A stretch of DNA of 64,000 nucleotides, from contig CAYLZE010000002.1 of assembly GCA_964388035.1 (NCBI GenBank), positions 1 to 64,000 on the forward strand, given 5' to 3'. Made by a program: the position numbers and the translations under genes. The notes beneath the pieces are model-generated. The model saw nothing but the letters and a program-made list of their open reading frames with translations, was not told the DNA's origin and made no database searches. Positions 40,620 through 50,523 of the stretch are shown in pieces (position 1 is the first letter of the stretch; each line of letters begins with the position of its first letter). This DNA is from an uncultured archaeon. Lineage in GTDB: Archaea > Asgardarchaeota > Lokiarchaeia > Sigyniarchaeales > SOKP01.

Positions 40620-41552
40620 ATGCGCAGAAAAATATGTTTGATAGGGAGAGCGGGAACAGGAAAAACAAGTATTAAAAAGGTGTTATTTGAAGGAATAGAG
40701 CCTAAAAACATCATGCTTCATTCACCTGAACCCACCCGAGGTATTGAAATAAATATTTATGATTGGTTAGATCTTGAGGTAGGACTTATTGATACATCGG
40801 GGCAAGAGTTATCTTTTTTCTTAGAAAACAAGGAAGAAAAAAATCAAATTTTTGAAAATTCAAATATAGTATTATATCTCTTGGATTACCCCACATGGAC
40901 ATTTAAATCAACTGAAATTATAAAAGAGATTAAAAAGGTATATAATATTCTTAAGGAAGAATATCCAAATGCCCAATTAATTATAATCTTTCATAAAATT
41001 GACTTAATAAATCAGAAAATTGACGGAAATTACCAAAACTATCGAGATTCATTGTCTTCACAATTAGAAATTCCTGAAAAAATTAAAATATTTTTTACAA
41101 GTATTCATCCAGAATTAATATTTAGCTTATTTAATGCAATTTCAGAAATATTAGCCACATTATCCCAAGAGACAAAAGTAATGAAGGATATATTAGATAA
41201 ATTTTTATTAAATGTAGCGCAAACGATATGTATCATTATAAATACTGATAATAGCATTTTAGTCCAATCCTTTACACCAGATTTTGATACTAAAATAGTT
41301 TATTCCATTCAACGAAAATTACATTCTTTCATTCAAAGTCTTGAAATATCGCTAGAAAAAGAATATGTCATATGTTTTATAGATTGCGGAAGAAAAGTTT
41401 TAAGAATAATTTTAGGAGATATTCACAGTTTAGATCCATGCTTGGGTAAATTAATTTGTTTATCTGAAGATTTTGATAGAGAAAAGATAATTATGTTATT
41501 TCAAAAAATTAGAAACAATTTGAGAACAATTAAAATAGCTAATAATAAATAA
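40620..41552 (+). CDS. Rag/Gtr-like GTPase with roadblock-like C-terminal domain
   Basis: GRAGTGKT, PTRG, DTSGQE, HKID; ICIIINTDNSILVQS. Confidence 0.88.
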   Translation: MRRKICLIGRAGTGKTSIKKVLFEGIEPKNIMLHSPEPTRGIEINIYDWLDLEVGLIDTSGQELSFFLENKEEKNQIFENSNIVLYLLDYPTWTFKSTEIIKEIKKVYNILKEEYPNAQLIIIFHKIDLINQKIDGNYQNYRDSLSSQLEIPEKIKIFFTSIHPELIFSLFNAISEILATLSQETKVMKDILDKFLLNVAQTICIIINTDNSILVQSFTPDFDTKIVYSIQRKLHSFIQSLEISLEKEYVICFIDCGRKVLRIILGDIHSLDPCLGKLICLSEDFDREKIIMLFQKIRNNLRTIKIANNK

Positions 41553-41561
41553 TAAAGGGAC

Positions 41562-42611
41562 GTGAAAGTGCTAAGACAAGTATACATCATAAAAAATGAA
41601 TCGGTTTTAATAAAAAGAATCTATGGAAAAGGGTTAAATGATAATGAACTTGAGACTGCTTTGGGTGATTTGAAAAAGGAAAGAATTTCAAAAGTACGTA
41701 ATGAAATGGGATTTTTCACATTTTTTAAATATAAATTATCTTTTCTCATTGCAAAAGAGCATGAGTTAATTTTTATATTAATTACGGGATTAGGTGATAG
41801 CATAGATAGAATTAAGACAGAAATATTGAAACTGAAAAATAACTTTTTAAATTATTTTTCCGAGATTATAGATAATTCTATTGATCAAAAAACGTTAGAA
41901 GTTTTTATTCCATTTTTAGATTCCATTCATAGAAATTTAAAGCCCAAGATTTCTCTCGTAGGATTTTCGGGAGTTGGGAAAACGACAATAACGAACTTAA
42001 TTAAAGCTAAGGAAATTCCTATTGAACACATTCCTACTATTACGGGTGATGTTGCTACCATTAAAATTGGAAAATTAGAATACTTATTATGGGATTTCGC
42101 AGGGCAAGAGCAATTTAGTTTCTTATGGAATAAGTTTATTCAAGGAAGTGATGCAATCTTAATAATTACAGATTCTACTCTTATGAATGTAGAAAAAAGT
42201 AAGTTCTTCTTGGAATTAATTAATGAAGAAGCCCCTTATTCCCATGTCGCTGTAATAGCAAATAAACAAGATTTACCTGATGCTTTGAAAACAGAAAATA
42301 TTGAACAAATCATGGGATTGAAAACGTACTCTATTGTGGCTATTGATCCTAATAATAGACAAAGAATATTCAACATAATAGCTGATGTTTTAGAAATGAG
42401 CGCACAAATTTCTCCTCTTCTAAGTCCTTTGTTACAGAGAGATGAGTTGCTCGCTAAAGCTGAAAAAGCTTTAGAAGAAGATAGATTGAAAGAAACCATA
42501 GAAATATTTCAAAAGATATCTGATCTTTGCATTGAACTAGGGGATGATACGTTAGCCACTGAATTTTACCAAAAATCAATGATTTTTAAAAGTCATCTTG
42601 AATCGTTTTGA
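41562..42611 (+). CDS. Longin - Arf-like GTPase - TPR-like helical hairpin
   Basis: N-terminal LRQVYIIK...LIFILITG; GFSGVGKT, PTIT, WDFAGQE, NKQD; C-terminal AEKALEE...LCIELGD. Confidence 0.85.
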   Translation: MKVLRQVYIIKNESVLIKRIYGKGLNDNELETALGDLKKERISKVRNEMGFFTFFKYKLSFLIAKEHELIFILITGLGDSIDRIKTEILKLKNNFLNYFSEIIDNSIDQKTLEVFIPFLDSIHRNLKPKISLVGFSGVGKTTITNLIKAKEIPIEHIPTITGDVATIKIGKLEYLLWDFAGQEQFSFLWNKFIQGSDAILIITDSTLMNVEKSKFFLELINEEAPYSHVAVIANKQDLPDALKTENIEQIMGLKTYSIVAIDPNNRQRIFNIIADVLEMSAQISPLLSPLLQRDELLAKAEKALEEDRLKETIEIFQKISDLCIELGDDTLATEFYQKSMIFKSHLESF

Positions 42612-42630
42612 ATAAAATTAAATGGAATTC

Positions 42631-43185
42631 TTAATTTAACTGACCCGACAATTGCATCATTTTATGAGCAATTGATGCAAATAAAGTTTCCACATTTTCT
42701 CCTGTTTTAGAAGAACATTCGATAAAATCATATAGATTATGTTCTTTCCCAAATTTTCCGGCATATTCTCTTTCAATAGATCTTTTTCCTTCATTTTCCA
42801 AATCCAGCTTTCCTCCTACTAATAAAATTGGAAAAGATTGTTCTTGGAACTCTTGGTTTTTATTAATGACCTTTAGCCAACTTTCTAAATTCTTTAAACT
42901 TGAGAACCTAGTAATATCAAACATGAAAACACCTCCAGAAGCACCAATCACGTAATTAGGTAAGAGTGATTTAAATTGTTGCTCTCCGGCAAAATCCCAT
43001 ATTTGAAGTTGGGCTTTTTTTCCTTCAATTTCAACGATCTTGGTATAAAACTCGACACCAATAGTCATTTGAAAATTATCTCGGTATTTCCCTGTGACGT
43101 ACCGATTTACTAATGTTGTCTTTCCTACTCCACCATCTCCGAAAATACACGTCTTATAGCGGAGAAAGTCCTTTTGATCGTTCAA
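42631..43185 (-). CDS. Rab-like small GTPase
   Basis: GDGGVGKT, TIGVEF, LQIWDFAGEQ, GKLD, SSK. Confidence 0.93.
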   Translation of the reverse strand: MNDQKDFLRYKTCIFGDGGVGKTTLVNRYVTGKYRDNFQMTIGVEFYTKIVEIEGKKAQLQIWDFAGEQQFKSLLPNYVIGASGGVFMFDITRFSSLKNLESWLKVINKNQEFQEQSFPILLVGGKLDLENEGKRSIEREYAGKFGKEHNLYDFIECSSKTGENVETLFASIAHKMMQLSGQLN

Positions 43186-43250
43186 TTTTTAGACCTTTTT
43201 TTTTTAAATTATAATTATATTGTTTGTATTAAAACAGAAACAATCATTAT

Positions 43251-43586
43251 TTATTTTTTTACTAGCTTATTAATTTTTTCTTGTAAAAGAATGTTCTCAT
43301 CCCTTAATCTTTCAATTTCTAACATTAAAGTATTAGTTATCAATAATACTTGTTCTTTAGAAAAAATATCATCATCTGCCAGCTTTTTAGTTTCCACGCC
43401 CCTTATTTCTAAATTTTTATCAAGATACAAGGTGGTTAATATATCTTTTAATTCTCCGTGTAAATAAACATAGGGAAATGGAAATTCGGATTGATTCTTA
43501 ATTATGGATTTCTGAAGCATTATTTCGTGAATAGCATTACAATAGGGACATTTGTAATTTCTTGAAATACAGCTTTTTTGATCCAT
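43251..43586 (-). CDS. Small putative zinc-binding protein with C-terminal coiled coil
   Basis: CPYCNAIH...PFPYVYLHG...LYLDKNLEIRG; heptad-like tail. Confidence 0.75.
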   Translation of the reverse strand: MDQKSCISRNYKCPYCNAIHEIMLQKSIIKNQSEFPFPYVYLHGELKDILTTLYLDKNLEIRGVETKKLADDDIFSKEQVLLITNTLMLEIERLRDENILLQEKINKLVKK

Positions 43587-43902
43587 TTTTGAAAATTAAA
43601 TATCTTTTGTTGTAATATGAATATGACTTGATATAAGCATGTAGAAATTTTAGAACTATAGAAATAATATACCACAAATATAAAAATTTAAAGAAATGCA
43701 AAAGGATATTTATTTAAACAAGGATCTTTATTTTGACTAATCCTTTAATCAATTATATTAGATGGGCACCAATTTAATTCTACTTAAAACTTATAATCGA
43801 GTTTCATTAATAAGGGGCCTTAAGAGGGCAGATTCCTTTTAATGGGGATTTTGGAGTATATCCCCGGGAGGATAATGAAATTATTGAAATATTTTAGCGA
43901 GA

Positions 43903-44139
43903 ATGTTAGTAACAGATCGTTATAAATATATCTGGAATGATGGAGATTTGGACGAGTTGCATGAATTAAAAGAGGACCCATTTGAGATGAATAATATCAT
44001 CAATGTTCAAGCATATGAAGTTATATTGAAAGAAATGAGAAAACGCTTGGAAATATGGCGAAAAAAGACGGGGGTTGATATCACCTCCGAAATGATTAAG
44101 GGAAGGAAATTAAAGAGAAAAATACCAAATCATTATTAG
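43903..44139 (+). pseudogene. Sulfatase C-terminal fragment
   Basis: MLVTDRYKYIWN...DELHELKEDPFEMNN; catalytic N-terminal part absent. Confidence 0.75.
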
Positions 44140-44570
44140 AATGGCATTAATATTAAGAATTTTTGTGTTTTCAATCCTTTTTGAATCACATGAGTTCGTT
44201 TAAAAACTATGATATTTTACTTATAGGTATTCTTTCTTCTTTTCAAATTCTCGATTTAAGCTTAAGATATGCCACGAATCTGCTTTAATTCATTAAAAGA
44301 ATTATTTCATTGAATCTCTAAATCTTTCAAAGCATCGATCTCTTGAGAGAATAAAATAGCGATTATATGCACTTTCAAATCCGAAAGAAGGGAAGATCAA
44401 CCTTTAAATAGAATTATTTAGGTATTATATTAATGGCATTGTTAAATCTAAATACTCATGAATATAACATCTTATTTCTTCTTAAGATTATTTTATTAGG
44501 TATTAAGCTAACTATTTCTATATTTTGAAAAAAGAAAAGAAAAAAAAATCATAAAATGAGGTCATAATCT

Positions 44571-45977
44571 TCACATTTTTAACTCCTTTAGTTTAATGAC
44601 ATTTTCGTCCATTTCTTCGGGTGTAATTTTATAGAGCAAGGAAAAAACTATAACTCCAATTCCCAAAATAATTATTGGAAAAATGCCCACTTGAATCCGT
44701 AATCCTATTAACTGTTCGGGTGTATTGTTACCTTGAGGATTGTAATTGAAAAATGTTTGAACAATCCAAAAAATACCCGACTGAATTGCTATCGATATGC
44801 GAGAAAAGAAAATCCATGTTCCTCGATAAAGTCCTTCGCGCCGAGATCCCGAATTAATGGTGGCTTTATCTACCACGGATGAAAAGAGCGGCCACGTCAT
44901 GGTAATAATGGCTCCATCCGCGGTTCCCGCAGCAAGAAATCCGATAATTACGATGGGAATTCCGGATACACCTACAGGAATAAACAGAAATAACAACATG
45001 ATGCTTCCTAAAATGATTCCTCCAATCATGACGGTTCTTTTTATCCCAAGTTTAAAAGAAGCTTTGTACCAAAACGGAGTTGCTACGATCACCGCAAGAA
45101 TATAGAAAAGCACGAATAGTTCTCCAATTTTGGAAAGTTGGAGGAAATCTCTTACCACAAAGGGTAAAGAGGCCATAACAAGGCCCATGCAGCTCGAATA
45201 ACATACAAAAAAGAACATATGCCCCAAGAAGTTTCTGTCTGTCAATGCCGTCTTCATGTTACCAAAAAAAGGTTCAGGTTTTTTATCTTTCTCCATTTGT
45301 AATCTCCGATCTATCATTTCTTTATCCTCTCTCACCCCTGGAATCATTCCTATCATGGCTCCAACTGCAATGATTGCAATTATTATCGACATGTAAGTGT
45401 ATCCAATTTCTGTCCCATATGTTTCTATTATTAACACAGGCACTAGCACGCCCGTGAGGATTCCGAATGTCTCAAGGTATGTTTCTAAGGTACCCGCAAT
45501 TCTCCTATCTTTATTATGACGGAATTTGTCGGGAAAAAGCGCATATCGATTAATATCATAGAGCGAGAAGAATGTGTCCATCAAGCATTGGGAGAGAAGA
45601 AACCATAGAAATACGGTCGATTGTCCTGCTTGAGCAGCTTTAGGAGCAGTATAGATAATAATTACCATGAAACAATACGGAATGGCGCCCGTGATGATAA
45701 ACGGAAATCTTTTACCCCATTTTTTGACAAATCGAGTTGATCTATCGCAAAAATAGCCCATGATTGGGTCATTAAACATGTTGAAAAGCATGTAGATTAC
45801 TTGTGCAATAAAGTAGAACGTGATGGCAATCCCTATTTCGCTCTGATAATAAAAAGCTAATTGCTGTGAATACATCTGACTCATCATCAAGTTTACAAAA
45901 TTCCCCAGCTGAAAGCTGGCAAGGATCTTTTTTGAATACCGTTTAATATCCGCTTTCCCTAATTCTTCTTTTTCCAT
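44571..45977 (-). CDS. GPH-family MFS transporter
   Basis: NDPIMGYFCDR...WGKRFPF; SGSRREGLY. Confidence 0.9.
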   Translation of the reverse strand: MEKEELGKADIKRYSKKILASFQLGNFVNLMMSQMYSQQLAFYYQSEIGIAITFYFIAQVIYMLFNMFNDPIMGYFCDRSTRFVKKWGKRFPFIITGAIPYCFMVIIIYTAPKAAQAGQSTVFLWFLLSQCLMDTFFSLYDINRYALFPDKFRHNKDRRIAGTLETYLETFGILTGVLVPVLIIETYGTEIGYTYMSIIIAIIAVGAMIGMIPGVREDKEMIDRRLQMEKDKKPEPFFGNMKTALTDRNFLGHMFFFVCYSSCMGLVMASLPFVVRDFLQLSKIGELFVLFYILAVIVATPFWYKASFKLGIKRTVMIGGIILGSIMLLFLFIPVGVSGIPIVIIGFLAAGTADGAIITMTWPLFSSVVDKATINSGSRREGLYRGTWIFFSRISIAIQSGIFWIVQTFFNYNPQGNNTPEQLIGLRIQVGIFPIIILGIGVIVFSLLYKITPEEMDENVIKLKELKM

Positions 45978-46253
45978 ATTTACTACGTTTTTTATTTTTA
46001 ATTTTTAATTGAATATGTTGTTTTTAGCTTGGAAAGTATTAAAAACTTTGCCTTGGATTTTTCTTGTTTAAAGTAAAATCAAGTGAGATCGCAATTTAAA
46101 AAAGAATTTTTTTACTTTCTCATATTAAAGGGATTCAAATAACATAATAATATTTTTGTATATTAGAATGCTATTGTGATAAGATTAATAAACTAGTAAT
46201 ATCAATTTAAATAACAATAACTAATCTATAATAAAAAATGGGAATTAAATAAT

Positions 46254-46988
46254 ATGGGAATTGAAGCTTTAACGGATATAGAGATATTACAAGGCAGTTT
46301 TACCTTGGTGTTTGTGATAATCTCAATTTTACTGGGCTTGATCATTCTTTCTAAATATTTTTCGTTAAAAAAGCAGGAATTCATCTATGTGGGTTTAGCT
46401 TGGGTTTTTCTTAGTTCCGGATGGTGGGGAAGCTCGTTTTCCTTTCTCTCGATTCTTCTCATTGGTGTTGCATTTTCTTCATCTTTATTTATTCTAATTG
46501 CTAATGTCTTCATTCCGATCGCAATAATTTGTTGGATGAATGCTATTGGAATACTCATGTTTAAAGAACAAAAGAAGAAGATCAATATAATTACCTTGTT
46601 AATCTGTATCCCTTATGATGTCGTTATTATAATACTACTTTTCATCGATCCTCTTTTGTTAGGAGAAATTAAGCAATCATTTTATTATCAACCCGCTCTG
46701 CTTCCATTGATCTTTCAGATTTGTGCACTTTTAGTTACTATTTCTACGGGAATATTATTTTCAGTGCGATCCATGAAAACTAGTGATCTCTTGGTGAAAT
46801 GGAAAGCAAAATTTTTATTAATAGGATTCATATCATTCACAATCGGTGCGTTTATTGATGCAACCATCGCCATGGGTGCGTTATTACTTGTCTTAGTGAG
46901 ACTCATCCTAATTTTTAGTGCGTTGATGTATTTCTTAGGATTCTTGCTTCCCGATAAGATTGCTAAACTTTTAATCGCTGAAAAATAA
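46254..46988 (+). CDS. About 7-TM membrane protein of unknown function
   Basis: Seven hydrophobic segments; size and layout similar to 9811..10548. Confidence 0.75.
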   Translation: MGIEALTDIEILQGSFTLVFVIISILLGLIILSKYFSLKKQEFIYVGLAWVFLSSGWWGSSFSFLSILLIGVAFSSSLFILIANVFIPIAIICWMNAIGILMFKEQKKKINIITLLICIPYDVVIIILLFIDPLLLGEIKQSFYYQPALLPLIFQICALLVTISTGILFSVRSMKTSDLLVKWKAKFLLIGFISFTIGAFIDATIAMGALLLVLVRLILIFSALMYFLGFLLPDKIAKLLIAEK

Positions 46989-47196
46989 TAATTTTATTTT
47001 TTTCTTTCTTTTTTATTTACATAAATTGCGGTTTCCTAAATTTATCACTTTTTATTGCAAGAATTATTTCAAATAAAAGGTTCTAAAATGGAGTGTTTCT
47101 AAGTTGGAATTTATTACAATATTTGAAAGTTATAGAAATTAAATAATTAAACTTGCTTTCATTTTGTCAATATTAATAATAGAAAAATTAAGAGAA

Positions 47197-48129
47197 ATGT
47201 CAGAATATAATTTAAAGACCAAAATGAATGATTGGGGACCGTGGGGTGAAAAAGAATCTCGTTGCCTCATTTTTTCCGTTGGTAATCCAAATGAAGGACA
47301 CGGATATGCTATTCCACGGAATATTGACGATTTACACGCTAAAAAAGCATCCTATGATCTTGAATTTCACACGGGGCAACGTTACATAGCACATATTCCT
47401 TATACTACGGATAGATGTGGTTCCGTAGCAAAAGATTGGTCTCCCTCTTACATACCATTTGAGGAATTCTTGCAGAAATCCATTGATTTTATGAAGTATC
47501 ATATTAATTTCATTAGAGAGCGTGGAGAGGACATCTCGTTAATAATGTTAATCACGGGTCATGGTGGAAATGCTCAGATTTTGGAGAGAAAAAATCAAAA
47601 ACTCATTCAACAAGAATTAGGAGTAAAAAAATTTATTTCAAATACCGCGTTAGTTGATAGGAGAGATGCGGGAAGAGTTCTAGAAAAAGTAAAAAAGCTG
47701 GCAATAAGCGTGATAGATACTCAAGGTTCTCGATTTGGCATCAATTCGGCTGAGAATTTGGCAGATCTTTACACTAAGATTCTTCTTTCGGCAGGTCATG
47801 CAAGTCATGCGGAGCATAGCCTTGCTGCTGCATTAAACGTGTTAGATTTGAAAAAGGTGGAAGTAATGAATGAATTATTAGAAAAGAATTTTGAAGCCGC
47901 ACTTCGAAAGTGGCCCCCTATTGGCGGACTTGGTGGGTACTTATTACTCGGAGGGAAGTATACCGAAGCGTTGGGAACTGAGGATAATGATAAATTCGGT
48001 TTATGGAATTGTCTTAAGGGCTTAAGAAATTTAAATAGAGGAAAGTTAATCATCGCTCCCGAACTCGGCCATCTCATCCATCAATTAAGTGTGGAAATTA
48101 AAACAGAGATCATAAATAAGTACATTTAA
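47197..48129 (+). CDS. Creatininase/ArfB-like amidohydrolase, paralogue 1
   Basis: GNPNEGHGYAIP..DD, GHGGN, GHASHAEHS; ATG 47197 matches the paralogue start (track start 47164). Confidence 0.75.
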   Translation: MSEYNLKTKMNDWGPWGEKESRCLIFSVGNPNEGHGYAIPRNIDDLHAKKASYDLEFHTGQRYIAHIPYTTDRCGSVAKDWSPSYIPFEEFLQKSIDFMKYHINFIRERGEDISLIMLITGHGGNAQILERKNQKLIQQELGVKKFISNTALVDRRDAGRVLEKVKKLAISVIDTQGSRFGINSAENLADLYTKILLSAGHASHAEHSLAAALNVLDLKKVEVMNELLEKNFEAALRKWPPIGGLGGYLLLGGKYTEALGTEDNDKFGLWNCLKGLRNLNRGKLIIAPELGHLIHQLSVEIKTEIINKYI

Positions 48130-48177
48130 TCATAACATTAGAAGGGTTTATCACAAAATAAAAAAAAGCGTGAGAAG

Positions 48178-49110
48178 ATGGAATATTTAAATCTAAAGGG
48201 AAAAATGATGAATTGGGGCCCTTTCGAGGAGAATGAATCGAAATGGTTAATCTTTTCCGTGGGTAATCCCAATGAAGGGCATGGACCCGCAATTCCAAGA
48301 GCCACGGACGATTTTCTAGCTAAAAAAGCGGCATATGATCTTGAATTTCATACTGGGCAACGCTATGTAGCTCATATTCCTTTTACCACGGATAGTGTAG
48401 GGGTTGTTGCTAAAGATTGGTCTCCTGCTTACATTCCTTGGGAAGATTTTTTTACAAAAACGATTGAATATTTGAAATATCACATTAATTTGATTAAGGA
48501 AAGAAATGAAGATGTTTCGCGAGTATTATTAATAAATGGACACGGAGGGAATCGACAACTCTTCGAAAGAAAAAATCAAAAGGCAATCCAAAAAGAATTA
48601 GGTGTGAGTACCTTTCTCGCTGTTACAGCCTTAGTCGATAGAAAAGATGCTGCGCCCGTCTTAGAAGAAGTTAAGATAGTTGCCAATAAAATGATCGAAA
48701 CTAAAGGGAATAGATTTGGATGTTCAACTTCAGAAGATCTTAATGATTTTTACACCAAACTCTTATTATCAGCAGGACATGCATCCCATGTGGAACATTC
48801 TCTGATGGCAGCATTAGGCATGTGCGACATGCAAAAAATCGAAGTAATGAACAAAGTATTGGCGAGTGATTTTGATCAAGCTTTCAAACTCTGGCCTCCG
48901 ATAGGAGGGTTAGGAGGGTACCTTTTAGCGGGAGGAAAATATCTGGAAGCATTAAAAACCATCGCTCCGAATGAAGCAGCCCTATGGAATTGTTTTAATG
49001 GATTAAAGACCTTGAATCAGGGTAAATTGATTATTGCACCAGAATTAGGAGAGCTCATTTTCAAAATTAGTTTGGAGAAAAAAACCGCTTTAATCAAAAA
49101 ATATTTATAA
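48178..49110 (+). CDS. Creatininase/ArfB-like amidohydrolase, paralogue 2
   Basis: GNPNEGHGPAIP..DD, NGHGGN, GHASHVEHS; colinear with the upstream gene. Confidence 0.75.
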   Translation: MEYLNLKGKMMNWGPFEENESKWLIFSVGNPNEGHGPAIPRATDDFLAKKAAYDLEFHTGQRYVAHIPFTTDSVGVVAKDWSPAYIPWEDFFTKTIEYLKYHINLIKERNEDVSRVLLINGHGGNRQLFERKNQKAIQKELGVSTFLAVTALVDRKDAAPVLEEVKIVANKMIETKGNRFGCSTSEDLNDFYTKLLLSAGHASHVEHSLMAALGMCDMQKIEVMNKVLASDFDQAFKLWPPIGGLGGYLLAGGKYLEALKTIAPNEAALWNCFNGLKTLNQGKLIIAPELGELIFKISLEKKTALIKKYL

Positions 49111-49169
49111 TTATTAAGGAAAAAAGGAAAAGAAGGGATTAAATTAAAAAAAAGAAAGATTGTTTCTTT

Positions 49170-50213
49170 TTATTCTACTGATTCTGGTGTTGGTTTTAAA
49201 GCGTTCGCCTTTTCATTTTTATGCAATTTCATGTAGTAATTCATCCCATAAAACGCTAAAAATATCATTAGTGGGACGAAAAGGATAAAAACGGCTATAT
49301 TCTTGAAAAGGCTTGCTTCCATATTTGGAAGTGCTTCAGCAAATCGGAACGATGCCGTGCTAAACATCAACCATAGAAGAATTGTATCCCATTTGAATAT
49401 TCTGAGCTTGCTTGCCAGTAGCTCTGATTGTTCTCCGAGAAGGTTACCAAAACTATTTAATATTAGTATGAGGTTCCCGATGAAAATGACCACCGTTATA
49501 GCCATAGCGTAACCACTTCCATCATCAGGTTGTAATGCCGATGTTATGCTATACATTTGATAGCCAGCATATACGGCAACCCCCAAGAAGAAGACTCCTA
49601 TCCAAGAATTGAACGCACCACGCAAATTGAGAATTCCAGTGACAACCGCTAGAATGATAATAGAGATGATTAATATCCATGCAATGCCATACGGATTAAA
49701 GGTAGTTTCATCAATCGTATATCCCAATAAATTATGCAGGACAAAAGCCGTTCCATAAATTATTGCTATTGAAATAACGGTTCCTCCTAAAAAAATACTC
49801 CATTGCGAGAATTCTTTAACTCCTCTTGGTAATTTATTCGTTCCATCATAAATTTTCACACCGGTCTTGTAACACGTGTACATGGTAAAAAATGCCGTAA
49901 GAAAAATGTAGGAAATAAAGGATACGTAAAAGAGATAAATGCCTATGTAAAAGAGAATAATGATAAATGGGAGCGTAATAATTACATGTAGAAATATTCG
50001 CTTATTGCTAAATTGATCGACAGTTTTTCTAGTAAATAAAGAGGCGAAGAAGAAAATGAGACAAATTGCCATTAAAGGAAGGAATATTATTACGCTAACG
50101 AGGGGAGGCAAGAATTCATTTACGGTAAATCCAATCAATGTCCATATGACCAATATCAGATAGATGTTGTTTTTTCCTTGTGTTAACTTTTTTAAGTTTG
50201 AAAAACTACTCAT
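49170..50213 (-). CDS. Polytopic membrane protein of unknown function
   Basis: About 10 hydrophobic segments. Confidence 0.75.
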   Translation of the reverse strand: MSSFSNLKKLTQGKNNIYLILVIWTLIGFTVNEFLPPLVSVIIFLPLMAICLIFFFASLFTRKTVDQFSNKRIFLHVIITLPFIIILFYIGIYLFYVSFISYIFLTAFFTMYTCYKTGVKIYDGTNKLPRGVKEFSQWSIFLGGTVISIAIIYGTAFVLHNLLGYTIDETTFNPYGIAWILIISIIILAVVTGILNLRGAFNSWIGVFFLGVAVYAGYQMYSITSALQPDDGSGYAMAITVVIFIGNLILILNSFGNLLGEQSELLASKLRIFKWDTILLWLMFSTASFRFAEALPNMEASLFKNIAVFILFVPLMIFLAFYGMNYYMKLHKNEKANALKPTPESVE

Positions 50214-50523
50214 GAAACTATAATAAAATTATCTTTATTTAAAGATTCACCAAAATTACCCTCGACCATGCTAATAAAGAAAAAAAAATTTGTAGGAATT
50301 TTGACAATGTATTTAGAAAAATAGAAATTTCACCTCACGCTACGAGATTTTTATTATCATGAGTTTCATTTTAATCATTTTTTTGATTTTCTCTATAATG
50401 CCATTGAATGATTGATTAAGAAAAAAACTATATTGTATCTCCTTGTCTAAATTTTTTGACTTGTATTGTAAAATATTCTTGTTAAAAAGTTATTTAAAAC
50501 CGTGATGACAAACAAAATTTGAG

